From an uncultured Candidatus Saccharibacteria bacterium (GTDB taxonomy: Bacteria > Patescibacteriota > Minisyncoccia > UBA6257 > 2-01-FULL-56-20), in assembly GCA_964403045.1 (NCBI GenBank), contig CAYOEP010000001.1, positions 9,009 through 73,008 on the forward strand: a DNA stretch of 64,000 bases, read 5' to 3'. Position numbers and translations under genes: made by a program. This document shows positions 48,953-58,256 of this stretch, piece after piece. How positions within the stretch are numbered: position 1 is the stretch's first letter; every line of letters begins with the position of its first letter. The notes beneath the pieces were generated by a model. That model did no database searches. It was given only the letters and a program-made list of their open reading frames with translations, and had not been told where the DNA came from.

Positions 48953-49924
48953 TTAGGGATCAACGACCCAGGTTTTCACTGTACCCTCTCCCATCAACCT
49001 CACCACGTTCGTGGTGAGGCTGATGTACTCGTCCGGCTGGAGCACCACCGGGGCATGTCCCAGCTCCTGAAGGTATACTGGCTGATCCTCAGGAGTGACT
49101 GCCCGAAAGTCGTGCTCTCCGTAATCGAGCCAGGGGCTCCATTGGTTAGGATGGAGCTCCAACACGAACGGGTTTTCTTTGGTGTACTGCGGCCCGATGT
49201 TGATGACGCGGACCGCGTTCGGTGCTGGTAGTGGTGCATTCACTGCCGCCGTGCGGGGACTGGATGGGGACAGCTGCACCTCGCCGCGGAACACCTGGGC
49301 AAGGCCGTGGTCAATGCCTCGCCGTACGTTCCCCAGTGCGCTGGTCGCCTCGGGGAAGAAGAGCGAGATGATGAGTCCCGCAAAAACCACGACGGCAAGC
49401 CGCCGCGACCATTTACGGAACTCATCGCCGCCCTTCCCGAGAAATCCGAGAATAGCGAGGACGCCCGCGGCGAGAAACAGCACGGGGATCGCAAGGGGTC
49501 GCCTCCAGAGAGGCATCACACTCATAAAGAGCGCGACGCTACTCTCGACGAGCAAGGTCCACAGCACGAGGTTGACATACCTCGCGCCGAGTCCCCGTTC
49601 CTTGTTCCTCCCTGTTGCCACAAGCGCCGCGTCCACGATCATCCCCAAGGGCGCCGCGATGAACGCCAGAAGCAGTGTTGCGGCAACCCAGAAGAGTCCC
49701 GCGATTGCCGCAAGCGGAGCTCCCACCAGCGGAAGCACGCCGAAAAGCAAGAGGGGCAGCGGTACAAGGACGACTACAAGAGCCACCCTACGCAGCGAGG
49801 CGAGGTATACCTCGCCTACAGGCCTTCCTGCCGGATCGATGCGCGCAAGGCGCGCAACGATCGCCGTAAACTCCTGCCCGCCGGAGGCGAGCAGTTCCCC
49901 AAGAATTTCCCAGAGAATTCTCAT
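48953..49924 (-). CDS. Hypothetical multi-TM protein with C-terminal soluble beta domain
   Basis: AGGAG SD; about 5 TMs; third gene of a minus-strand operon. Confidence 0.7.
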   Translation of the reverse strand: MRILWEILGELLASGGQEFTAIVARLARIDPAGRPVGEVYLASLRRVALVVVLVPLPLLLFGVLPLVGAPLAAIAGLFWVAATLLLAFIAAPLGMIVDAALVATGRNKERGLGARYVNLVLWTLLVESSVALFMSVMPLWRRPLAIPVLFLAAGVLAILGFLGKGGDEFRKWSRRLAVVVFAGLIISLFFPEATSALGNVRRGIDHGLAQVFRGEVQLSPSSPRTAAVNAPLPAPNAVRVINIGPQYTKENPFVLELHPNQWSPWLDYGEHDFRAVTPEDQPVYLQELGHAPVVLQPDEYISLTTNVVRLMGEGTVKTWVVDP

Positions 49925-49940
49925 TTTCGTTCATCTCCTT

Positions 49941-50534
49941 TTAGAATCCGAGGTCATGGCCCCGGTCAGTTCTGAACCGCCGGATGCGGTTGCGCAGCCG
50001 CACCATCCGGCGGAGCACTCGCCGCTCCTCCCGCGCGATTCGATCACGCGGGACGAGCGAGAGGAGGTACTGCACCCGCTCGAGGTAGCGCGCAGGGGTG
50101 CTGCACGCGATCAGCCTGTCGAACTCCTCGGGTGAGCGCAGCTCCAGTACCCCGAGGAATTCAAACAGCCGCTCCCTCTCGCTTTGCTCTCGCTTTTCTT
50201 GGAGGAAGCGGTAGAGATCGGAAAGCGCTTCCTCCAGCATGTAGAGCCGATGCATGCCGCGGTATCTGTCGATGGCATGCATTAGCCCTTGGTAAGCGCG
50301 CTCGTTGCTGGCGCGGAGCTCTCCGTAGATGAAACTCCACAGCTCCACGCGCACCTCGCCGATCCGCTTTTCGCGCTCGGCGTGATTTTGGAGAACCTCC
50401 TCCGCTCCTCTCCCAAAGGCACCTCTGAAAATTCCAAAGATGCCTGCGAGAAAGTTCACGATCGGCTTAAGCAGAGTGATGGTAACTCCCTCTGTAAATC
50501 CTTCTAGGAGCCCCCCTTTCAACCAAGACATCAT
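49941..50534 (-). CDS. Hypothetical helical protein
   Basis: AGGAGG SD; tight spacing within the operon. Confidence 0.65.
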   Translation of the reverse strand: MMSWLKGGLLEGFTEGVTITLLKPIVNFLAGIFGIFRGAFGRGAEEVLQNHAEREKRIGEVRVELWSFIYGELRASNERAYQGLMHAIDRYRGMHRLYMLEEALSDLYRFLQEKREQSERERLFEFLGVLELRSPEEFDRLIACSTPARYLERVQYLLSLVPRDRIAREERRVLRRMVRLRNRIRRFRTDRGHDLGF

Positions 50535-50541
50535 TCTCCTC

Positions 50542-51135
50542 CTAGTCGCGGTAGATGTCGAGGTGGCCGCGCACCTCGCTCCCCGCGACGAAAAACTCCA
50601 GCGCGGCGTCCCGCTTCACCTTCTTGCGGTAGAGCGTGACGCCATCCTTATCGGTCAATTTCAGTTTCTTCCATCCGCGGGGAAGCTCGGGATCAACCAC
50701 GACCACTTGCGCTCCCCGCACGCCTTTGTCCTTCTTGTTGAGGACCTGCACAAAGACCGTGCAGATCCTTCCCTTCCGGGCTTTCCGGAAGAGCAGGCGC
50801 GCCGGCGCCACCTTTTCTCCCTTGATGACGACCGGCTTGCGCTTGGATTTGGTAGTGCCCGCGATTTGGGCGATCACCGAATATTTCCCGGGCTTGTCGC
50901 AGATGAACTTCTTGGTCGCCTGACCCTCGGCGTCGGTGAGCAAGGCCTCCTCTTCCTCCTTCCCCTGCTCGAGCAGGTAAAGGAGAATGGGAACCCCCTC
51001 ACGGGGCAATTTTTCGCTGCTCCGGTCGATCACGGTGACAGTTGCGTAAAACTGCCATCCGTCTTCTGTCTCTACCGGCTCGGTGATGGAGATTTCCCGT
51101 ATGATGAGAAGCTCTTGTTGCACGAACCCTACCAT
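50542..51135 (-). CDS. Hypothetical protein with two Ig-like (Big_1-like) repeats, no signal peptide
   Basis: AGGAGG SD; repeated 'V.V.D......GV......TD..G' motif. Confidence 0.65.
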   Translation of the reverse strand: MVGFVQQELLIIREISITEPVETEDGWQFYATVTVIDRSSEKLPREGVPILLYLLEQGKEEEEALLTDAEGQATKKFICDKPGKYSVIAQIAGTTKSKRKPVVIKGEKVAPARLLFRKARKGRICTVFVQVLNKKDKGVRGAQVVVVDPELPRGWKKLKLTDKDGVTLYRKKVKRDAALEFFVAGSEVRGHLDIYRD

Positions 51136-51184
51136 TCTACCTCCTTTCTGTCTGGGTCGTTTTCAGTTGTGAGATGCTTCTTCT

Positions 51185-51213
51185 AGCTTACCATAAAATT
51201 AATAAATAGTCAA
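51185..51213 (-). promoter_or_regulatory. Sigma70 promoter for the three-gene operon
   Basis: Minus strand TTGACT-17 nt-TAAGCT with extended TG. Confidence 0.6.
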
Positions 51214-51302
51214 GTCCTTATATTTAAGTATAAGCGTGGCGTAGGGGCAATATTGACACCCTCTTGCTTCTCGGTATGTTGGAGCGGTATAGTGTGCGGG
51301 AA

Positions 51303-51384
51303 GCCCCCGTGGCGGAATTGGAAGACGCGCATGGTTTAGGACCATGTCCCGCAAGGGGTGGAGGTTCAAATCCTCCCGGGGGCA
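51303..51384 (+). tRNA. tRNA-Leu(TAG)
   Basis: GCCCCCG acceptor stem, CATGG-TTTAGGA-CCATG, long variable arm. Confidence 0.93.
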
Positions 51385-52115
51385 CTGCGATCGCTTTTTA
51401 CGCACTTGGCACACTGCTTTGAGAGGGAATTGATCAGGAAGGTGCGGAAACGAGCTGGAGAAACGCCGAGTAGGCTGCGAAGCGATGAAGGGAATGCGCT
51501 GCCGGGCTTGAGGAAGAGCAGTCGCGGGAGAATTTGGGTGCCGTATTTTTCTGAGATGACATGGATAAGGTGGAAGGAAATAGTGTAGCCGCGTAGACGC
51601 ACGAAAGATTGCACTGTGATATCCTGCGAAAGTGCCTTTTGCAAAAATTGGTTAAGTTGGGCACGGGTAAAATCACATGGCTTTTCTTGGCGCGCCACAA
51701 ATAGGGCAATTCCCTCATCAACCCACCGTAGGGCTCGGGAGTTTATCGTTCGGTGAAAAATGTGAGCGAGCTCATGGGTGAGGATTTTTTGAAACGACGA
51801 TTTCCTATGGCAGCTTTCTTGGGAAATAACAGAGGGACTTAAAATGTAAATAGTGTTGCAATGCGCTTTTGTAATCGCCGCAACCCAATCAGGCGTATTC
51901 TTGGCAACTTTCTTATCGAGTTCTTTTCGTGAGTAAATAAGTTCGCATACTCCTTTCGGGGCAGGAGTGTTATAGAAACCCTCGAGCGTAGCAAGTAAGT
52001 TTTGCAGTGTTGTTTTGAGTGCGACAGGGTCATCGCAAGTTGCGGAGAGCAATGTCCATCGTTGCCCCCTCGACCCTGCGTTAAAAGGAAGACGCTGTTT
52101 GCGATGATTCAGCAT
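51366..52115 (-). CDS. Gluzincin/peptidase MA-like protein, possibly decaying
   Basis: 'LTHELAHIFH' and 'RWVDEGIA'; unclear start; stop lies inside tRNA-Leu. Confidence 0.55.
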   Translation of the reverse strand: MLNHRKQRLPFNAGSRGQRWTLLSATCDDPVALKTTLQNLLATLEGFYNTPAPKGVCELIYSRKELDKKVAKNTPDWVAAITKAHCNTIYILSPSVISQESCHRKSSFQKILTHELAHIFHRTINSRALRWVDEGIALFVARQEKPCDFTRAQLNQFLQKALSQDITVQSFVRLRGYTISFHLIHVISEKYGTQILPRLLFLKPGSAFPSSLRSLLGVSPARFRTFLINSLSKQCAKCVKSDRSAPGRI

Positions 52116-52163
52116 GCGCAGGAACTACACAAAAGGAGGCAGCTTTGTGGGATTCTTTGGTCA

Positions 52164-53051
52164 TCACTTCAATTTCCTACGCCGGCGGTGGAAGGCGCGG
52201 TGGACTTCTTGGAGTGCTTTGTTGGTGAGGTGGGTATAGATTTGGGTAGTTGTCACGCTTGCGTGGCCGAGGAGTTCCTGCACCGCGCGGAGGTCGGCAC
52301 CGTTCATTAAGAGGTCGGTGGCAAAGCTGTGGCGGATCATATGCGGGTGCACGCGGTGCGGGATTCCCGCCTCTGCCGCGCGGCGCTGTATCATCCTTTG
52401 CACCGCTCGGGGGGTGATTCTGCCGAGCACTCTGCCTTTTTTGGAGAGGCTTACGAAGAGCGCTTCTTGCGCGTCATCACGCCGCGCGAGATAGGATTGG
52501 ATCGCCGCTTTTGCGGTATCGGAAAGGAAAACTACCCTAATTTTCTCTCCCTTTCCCCGCACTGAGATTTCTCCTCTTTCGAACGCGAGCGTACGGTTGA
52601 GCGCGCAGAGCTCAGAAAGGCGGAGTCCTGTGGAGAACAATGTTTCCAAAATTGCCTTGTCGCGCAGGTCGCGGAGCGAGGAGCCGCGGACATCGAGAAG
52701 CCGCTCCAAGTCTTCGTAGTCGAGAATATCAATTTGACGCTTTGCTATTCGGGGGAGTTCTATTTTTTCGGCAGCAAGGGTTGTAATGTCGCGTTTTGCG
52801 AGGTACTTGAGAAAATTGCGAAGCGCGATGAGGTAGTAGGTCTGAGTAATTTTCTTTATCCCTTTTCGCGCGAGCGCGAGGCGGAACTTGCGGACTGTTT
52901 CCTCAGTAATATGCTCGGGAAGGGTAATGCGCGCAAAGGCAAGGAATTCGCGGAGATAGCGGGCATAATTCTTGCGGGTGGCAAGCGAACGGTTTTTCTC
53001 CAGCTCGAGGTAGTTGAGATAGTCGTCGAGCAACGTGGCGATTTTTGCCAT
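52164..53051 (-). CDS. XerC/XerD-like tyrosine recombinase
   Basis: SAM-like N-domain; 'RD.AILE.LFSTGLR.SEL', 'GKG.K.R', 'HPH..RHSFAT', 'LLGH....TTQIYTH'. Confidence 0.92.
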   Translation of the reverse strand: MAKIATLLDDYLNYLELEKNRSLATRKNYARYLREFLAFARITLPEHITEETVRKFRLALARKGIKKITQTYYLIALRNFLKYLAKRDITTLAAEKIELPRIAKRQIDILDYEDLERLLDVRGSSLRDLRDKAILETLFSTGLRLSELCALNRTLAFERGEISVRGKGEKIRVVFLSDTAKAAIQSYLARRDDAQEALFVSLSKKGRVLGRITPRAVQRMIQRRAAEAGIPHRVHPHMIRHSFATDLLMNGADLRAVQELLGHASVTTTQIYTHLTNKALQEVHRAFHRRRRKLK

Positions 53052-53155
53052 TTCCTATATTGTACGACACTTTTTCTCCTGAAGGAAGACAAGGTAGCAG
53101 CAGTGCGGCGCCGTGCCACTTGCGCTTTTCTCATAATTGGGGTAGAATTCCACCA

Positions 53156-53422
53156 ATGCTTTCCAAGCGCACGAAATCGAAACTGGTCAAGGAATTTCAG
53201 ATACACGAGAAGGACACTGGTTCTGCGGAGGTGCAGATTGCTTTTCGCACCAAGCAGATTGAGGAGCTCGTGCGGCACCTCAAGAAGCATCCGAAGGACA
53301 ACCATTCCCGCCGCGGTCTCCTCAAAATGGTGGGACATCGCCGTCGTCTCTTGCAGTACCTCAAGCGCACCGACCCTAAAAGCTACGAGAAGGTGGTGAC
53401 AAAGTTGAATCTAAGGAAGTGA
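53156..53422 (+). CDS. rpsO: 30S ribosomal protein S15
   Basis: '[10 protein letters not shown]', '[24 protein letters not shown]'. Confidence 0.96.
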   Translation: MLSKRTKSKLVKEFQIHEKDTGSAEVQIAFRTKQIEELVRHLKKHPKDNHSRRGLLKMVGHRRRLLQYLKRTDPKSYEKVVTKLNLRK

Positions 53423-53964
53423 GTGTGAGAAATAAGGCAACGACCACAGCCTCGGATTTTTACTCCAGCCAACGCGTGGGTATTTTTGTAGATGTGCAGA
53501 ATCTTTATCACTCCGCGAAGAATCTCTATCAGAGTAGGATTAACTACAAAGAGCTACTGCGTGCACTTGTGGGAGGGCGCAAGCTGATTCGTGCGGTAGC
53601 GTATGTGGTGAAAAGCGATGCCTCCACCGGCGAGGGGTCGTTTTTTGACGCGCTGGAGAAGTCAGGACTGGAACTGCGCTCAAAGGATTTACAGGTGTAC
53701 CCCGACGGGATGAAAAAGGCAGATTGGGATGTGGGGCTTGCGGTGGATGCGATTCGGATGTCAGCCTTCCTCGATGTGGTAGTGCTGGTTACAGGCGATG
53801 GCGATTTTGTGCCGCTCGTGGAGTATTTGAAGTGGGGGACAGGGCGACTGGTTGAGGTTGCAGCAATTCACAAAACTGCATCCTCCAAGCTCCGCGAGGC
53901 GGCGGATCGGTTCTACAACATCGAGGATATTCCCCGAATCTTCATCAAGAAGAAAATTGTTTAG
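53419..53964 (+). CDS. NYN domain (LabA/DUF88) PIN-like nuclease
   Basis: 'FVDVQNLY', 'K.DWDVG.A.D', 'GDGDF.PLV'. Confidence 0.9.
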   Translation: MSVRNKATTTASDFYSSQRVGIFVDVQNLYHSAKNLYQSRINYKELLRALVGGRKLIRAVAYVVKSDASTGEGSFFDALEKSGLELRSKDLQVYPDGMKKADWDVGLAVDAIRMSAFLDVVVLVTGDGDFVPLVEYLKWGTGRLVEVAAIHKTASSKLREAADRFYNIEDIPRIFIKKKIV

Positions 53965-53976
53965 CAAGCTTTTTCT

Positions 53977-56118
53977 ATGTCAATTCACGAAAAACGTACG
54001 TTTTCGGTTGATGTTGGCGGCTCGCCGCTCCGCTTAGAAATATCCTCCCTCGCGGAGCGTGCCAGCGCTGCAGTGCTTGCGCGCCATGGCGAAACTGCCG
54101 TACTGGTGACGGTGGTAGTGGGCAAGAAAGATGCGGACGTGAATTATGTGCCCTTGCGGGTGGACTACGAGGAAAGGTTTTACGCCGCTGGCAAGATTAT
54201 TGGGAGCAGATTTATCCGCCGCGAGGGGCGCCCTTCTGAGGAAGCGATTTTGACCGGGAGGCTAGTGGATCGCGCTATTCGACCTCTGTTTCCCAAGCAT
54301 CTCCGCCGCGAGGTGCAAGTTGTTGCAACAGTCCTTGCCTACGATGAGGAGCATGATCCGGACTTTCCCGGCCTTATCGCCGCCTCTGTGGCACTTGGCA
54401 TTTCTGAAGCGCCTTGGAATGGGCCGGTGGGCGGCGTGCGCGTTGCCTTAGTGGATGGAAAAGAAATTCTTGCTCCTACTCGTACGCAGATCGAGCGTGC
54501 AAGCTGTCATAGCTTTGTCGCGGGCGTGCAGGGAAAGATCAATATGGTGGAATTTGAAGGGAGAGAGGCCTCTGAAGAGCAGGTGCTTGCACTTTTTGCT
54601 TGCGCGCAGAAAGAAATTGACAAACTCGTGGATTTTCAGAGGAAGATTATCGCCGAGCTCGGCAAGCAGAAGTTAGAAGTGGTACCACCTTCGCACCCCG
54701 AACTTGAGCGGGAAGTACAGGAGTTCCTTGCTCCAAGAATGGAAGCCGCCGTGTTTCATTCACAAATAGCGGGCGAGGGAGGGCTTGCGTCTCTGAAAGA
54801 GGAGCTACGAGCGCACTTGGAGGCGCGCATCAAAGAAGGCGCGCTCCCGCCCGACACAAATTTGAAGAACGCTGATCTCCTCTTTGAGGATGCGGTGGAT
54901 GCCTTTGTGCATAAAAGTATCCTTGAAGAGGAAAGGCGTCCTGACGGGAGGAAACTTGATGAGGTGCGGCAGCTGGAAGGCGCGGTGGGCATTTTCTCCC
55001 GTAACCACGGATCGGCGATTTTTGTGCGGGGGAGCACGCAGGCGTTTGCGGTGACCACACTGGCGCCTCCCGGGGCGGAGCAGCTTATTGAGACGATGGA
55101 GATGAGCGGCAAGCGAAGATTTATGCTTCACTATAATTTTCCTGCATACTCGGTAGGGGAAATCGGGGCATTCCGCAGCCCGGGACGGCGGGAAATTGGT
55201 CACGGAGCACTCGCCGAGAAAGCGGTGAAATATGTACTGCCGCCGCAGGAAAAGTTTCCCTACACGATTCGGGTGGTGTCGGAAATTCTTTCCTCCAATG
55301 GCTCTTCTTCGATGGCAACAGTATGCGCAGGCACACTTTCCTTGATGGACGCAGGCGTTCCTATTGCACGACCGGTGGCGGGAATTGCTATGGGGTTGAT
55401 GAAAGACGAGAAGGGGAATTACAAAATCCTTACCGATATTCAGGGCCCTGAGGATCACCATGGCGATATGGATTTTAAAGTTGCAGGCACAGAGCGTGGC
55501 ATAACAGCGATTCAGATGGACGTGAAAGTAGAGGGCGTGCCGCACAAAATTTTACGAGAAGCACTCGTGCAGGCAAAAAAGGCCCGCAATGAGATTCTCT
55601 CGTTTATGCGGACAGTAATTGCGGCACCTCGCCCCCAACTCTCGCCGCTCGTACCCAAAATTGTCCGCCTCCACATTGACCCTGACAAAATCGGACTTGT
55701 GATCGGCGCAGGAGGAAAAACAATTAACAGCCTCATTGCAAAGACAGGCGTACAGAGTATTGACCTCGAGGAAGATGGGAGCGTCTATATTGCAGCCGAT
55801 GACATGGAAAAAGCACATGCCGCGGCAAAGGAAATTGAAATGATGACCAAAGAATTCCACGAAGGAGATATAGTAGAAGGCAGAGTCTCCAAAATTCTCG
55901 ATTTTGGTGCTATTGTAGATTTAGGCGGCGGGCAGGATGGGATGGTGCATGTCTCTGAGCTGAAGAATGGTTATGTGAAGGAGGTCTCTGATGTAGTGAA
56001 GGAAGGCGATGTTGTGAAGGCAAAAGTAATTAAGGTAGATCCTGCCACCGGTCGCATAGGGCTTTCGCTAAAGCGACTCGATGCGGAGCATGGCAAAAAG
56101 TCGCGACACACTCAGTGA
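53977..56118 (+). CDS. pnp: Polyribonucleotide nucleotidyltransferase
   Basis: 'RREGRP', 'RREIGHGALA', 'SNGSSSMA', 'GDMDFKVAGT', KH and S1 domains. Confidence 0.96.
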   Translation: MSIHEKRTFSVDVGGSPLRLEISSLAERASAAVLARHGETAVLVTVVVGKKDADVNYVPLRVDYEERFYAAGKIIGSRFIRREGRPSEEAILTGRLVDRAIRPLFPKHLRREVQVVATVLAYDEEHDPDFPGLIAASVALGISEAPWNGPVGGVRVALVDGKEILAPTRTQIERASCHSFVAGVQGKINMVEFEGREASEEQVLALFACAQKEIDKLVDFQRKIIAELGKQKLEVVPPSHPELEREVQEFLAPRMEAAVFHSQIAGEGGLASLKEELRAHLEARIKEGALPPDTNLKNADLLFEDAVDAFVHKSILEEERRPDGRKLDEVRQLEGAVGIFSRNHGSAIFVRGSTQAFAVTTLAPPGAEQLIETMEMSGKRRFMLHYNFPAYSVGEIGAFRSPGRREIGHGALAEKAVKYVLPPQEKFPYTIRVVSEILSSNGSSSMATVCAGTLSLMDAGVPIARPVAGIAMGLMKDEKGNYKILTDIQGPEDHHGDMDFKVAGTERGITAIQMDVKVEGVPHKILREALVQAKKARNEILSFMRTVIAAPRPQLSPLVPKIVRLHIDPDKIGLVIGAGGKTINSLIAKTGVQSIDLEEDGSVYIAADDMEKAHAAAKEIEMMTKEFHEGDIVEGRVSKILDFGAIVDLGGGQDGMVHVSELKNGYVKEVSDVVKEGDVVKAKVIKVDPATGRIGLSLKRLDAEHGKKSRHTQ

Positions 56119-56122
56119 GATA

Positions 56123-56434
56123 ATGGCGGAGAATCCCTCCCAAAATACTTCAGGAATAATTCCTTCCTCGCCGGAATTGAAGGTGCGGACAATGCGAGGC
56201 GACCTTGCTTCAATTGCGACGCGTGCTTCGGAAATCGAGCAGGGTAGTGTTCCGGTACCGCAGCAAGCTGCGGATTTTCAGGCACCGTTTGTGGCAGAAG
56301 AAGACACGCGCGAGCAGTCATGGCTCAAAAAGCACGCGCGCTTGCTGGTGGTGCTCGGGCTGATTGCACTCGCAGCCGCTGCAGGGGCAATTTTCATTGC
56401 GTTTGTTCTTCCTGCCTTACGGGGAAGCAGTTAA
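56123..56434 (+). CDS. Small hypothetical protein with C-terminal TM
   Basis: ATG just after the pnp stop; 'VRTM..D' motif; C-terminal hydrophobic helix. Confidence 0.6.
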   Translation: MAENPSQNTSGIIPSSPELKVRTMRGDLASIATRASEIEQGSVPVPQQAADFQAPFVAEEDTREQSWLKKHARLLVVLGLIALAAAAGAIFIAFVLPALRGSS

Positions 56435-57468
56435 TTCTCAGCTTTTTCGGGATTTTTAATTACTTGCTCGGTGCGCTTTTGAAGTTTTTTGAGAAGTGCT
56501 TTGTCGTCGCGCAGCTTGAGGCGCACGTTATCAAAGCCGGTGCCAATTCGCTCCCCTTCAAAGAAATAGCTGGATCCGGAACGGGTCACTACGCCGCACT
56601 TGATAGCGGCGTTGAGCACATCTGCTTCATAGGAAATGCCTTTCCCGTACATAATGTCGAACTCGGCAAACTTGAAAGGAGGAGCGACTTTATTTTTCAC
56701 CACTTTTGCCTTCACACGGGTGCCCACTACTTCTTCTCCTTTCTTCACCTGGGCGGTACGGCGGACATCAATGCGCACTGACGAATAGAACTTCAGCGCC
56801 TTGCCGCCGGGCGTAGTTTCGGGATTGCCAAAAAACACACCAACTTGCATGCGGATTTGGTTGATAAAGAGGATAGCAGTTTGGGTTTTCGAGGCGATTG
56901 CGGTGAGTTTGCGGAGTGCCTGGGACATCATCCGGGCCTGCAGGCCAATGAACTGTGCACCCATTTCTCCTTCAATTTCCGCGCGCGGCGTAAGTGCGGC
57001 AACAGAGTCTACCACAACTACCGAGAAGAGCTTAGAGCGCACGAGACTTTCCAAAATATTGAGCGCCTCCTCGCCATTGTCTGGCTGAGAGATGATGAGA
57101 TCATCAACTTTCACGCCGAGGCGGCGGGCATATTCAGGGTCGAGTGCGTGCTCGGCGTCGATGAATGCTGCCCTGCCGCCCTTCTTTTGCGCTTGAGCAA
57201 TCACATTGAGTGCGAGCGTGGTTTTGCCGCTTCCCTCAGGCCCGAAAATCTCTACGATGCGTCCCCGGGGGATGCCTCCCACCCCGAGTGCGAGGTCGAG
57301 CGAGAAAGAGCCAGTGGGGATGACAGCAACATCTACCTTGCGGGTTTCACCCAATCGCATTACTGACCCTTCGCCGTACTTCTCGCGCAGGGAAGCAACA
57401 AGCTGAGCGATATCGCTCGCTTCCTCAGATGATGTGCCTTTTTTTGTTTTCTTCTTTGCTGCTGCCAT
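56431..57468 (-). CDS. recA: Recombinase A
   Basis: GPEGSGKTT, 'FIDAEHALD', 'VDSVAAL', 'QAR.MSQALRK', 'GGKALKFY'. Confidence 0.98.
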   Translation of the reverse strand: MAAAKKKTKKGTSSEEASDIAQLVASLREKYGEGSVMRLGETRKVDVAVIPTGSFSLDLALGVGGIPRGRIVEIFGPEGSGKTTLALNVIAQAQKKGGRAAFIDAEHALDPEYARRLGVKVDDLIISQPDNGEEALNILESLVRSKLFSVVVVDSVAALTPRAEIEGEMGAQFIGLQARMMSQALRKLTAIASKTQTAILFINQIRMQVGVFFGNPETTPGGKALKFYSSVRIDVRRTAQVKKGEEVVGTRVKAKVVKNKVAPPFKFAEFDIMYGKGISYEADVLNAAIKCGVVTRSGSSYFFEGERIGTGFDNVRLKLRDDKALLKKLQKRTEQVIKNPEKAEN

Positions 57469-57511
57469 TCTTGCTTGATGGCATCATACCATACTTTCTC
57501 TGGGATGTCGC

Positions 57512-58246
57512 TTATTGAGAAGGATGGGTTTCGCTGCGGGGGATTACTTGAATTGGCGGTATATCTTGGGTAGATGCTTCAGGCTGGAATATTACACGCC
57601 GCCGCACTACGCGCTTTTGGCCGAGCAGCTTTTTTGCGGAGAACTCGACGACATTGAGGCCGGGGGAGAGCGGCACTTCTACGCTCCATGTTCCATCGGG
57701 AGCGGCGGGGATTTCTTCACCATTGAGGAAAAGCCGCGCTCCCGGTGCCACCCGTCCTTCGAAGAGAATTTCTTGGTGCGAGGTTACAACTTGTTCTTCT
57801 TGGGGAAATGAAATTTGAAGCTCGGGGATGCCCACGATGCTCGGGAGGCGCACTGCGAGGTAGAGTGCGAGCGCGAGGATTACAATTCCAGCTCCCCACA
57901 GCGCCTTGCGGACGGGTTTTTGAGCGAATCGATTGCGAGGGAGCATATCGTGAGGACCTGAGTCCTCAAGAAGATTTTGCGCTCTGAGCGATTGCCACCA
58001 TTCTTCGCCGTCGAAGTCGAGAATCCTGCCAAGCGTGATGAGATAGCCGCGCACATAGGGGGCGGGAGGAAGTTTTTCAAAATTGCCGCGCAGGAGGTTT
58101 TCCAAATGGTGGAGCGCAATGTCGCTTTCTTCAGAAAGCTTCTTGAGGGAAATTCCCCGCGCTTTCAGCTTCTCACTGAAGAAGATTTCGAAATCCAAGC
58201 TTTGGGGCTCGGGGGCGTGGGGGCGGCGAGAATCCATATGCTCCAT
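57512..58246 (-). CDS. RodZ-like HTH-TM-Ig protein
   Basis: HTH_25 'LE.G.F..LPP..Y.RGYL', TM, C-terminal Ig-like 'L.PG.N'; downstream of ftsK. Confidence 0.75.
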   Translation of the reverse strand: MEHMDSRRPHAPEPQSLDFEIFFSEKLKARGISLKKLSEESDIALHHLENLLRGNFEKLPPAPYVRGYLITLGRILDFDGEEWWQSLRAQNLLEDSGPHDMLPRNRFAQKPVRKALWGAGIVILALALYLAVRLPSIVGIPELQISFPQEEQVVTSHQEILFEGRVAPGARLFLNGEEIPAAPDGTWSVEVPLSPGLNVVEFSAKKLLGQKRVVRRRVIFQPEASTQDIPPIQVIPRSETHPSQ

Positions 58247-58256
58247 AAGAACTTTC

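Noticed and set aside
49179-50135. Long + strand ORFs (318 aa, 222 aa) and similar antisense ORFs throughout the window
   Set aside because: Shadows of GC-rich genes on the opposite strand, which have SDs or recognisable motifs
52164-53051. Prophage or island integrase at tRNA-Leu
   Set aside because: Size and motifs fit housekeeping XerC/D; no tRNA-Leu duplication or phage genes seen
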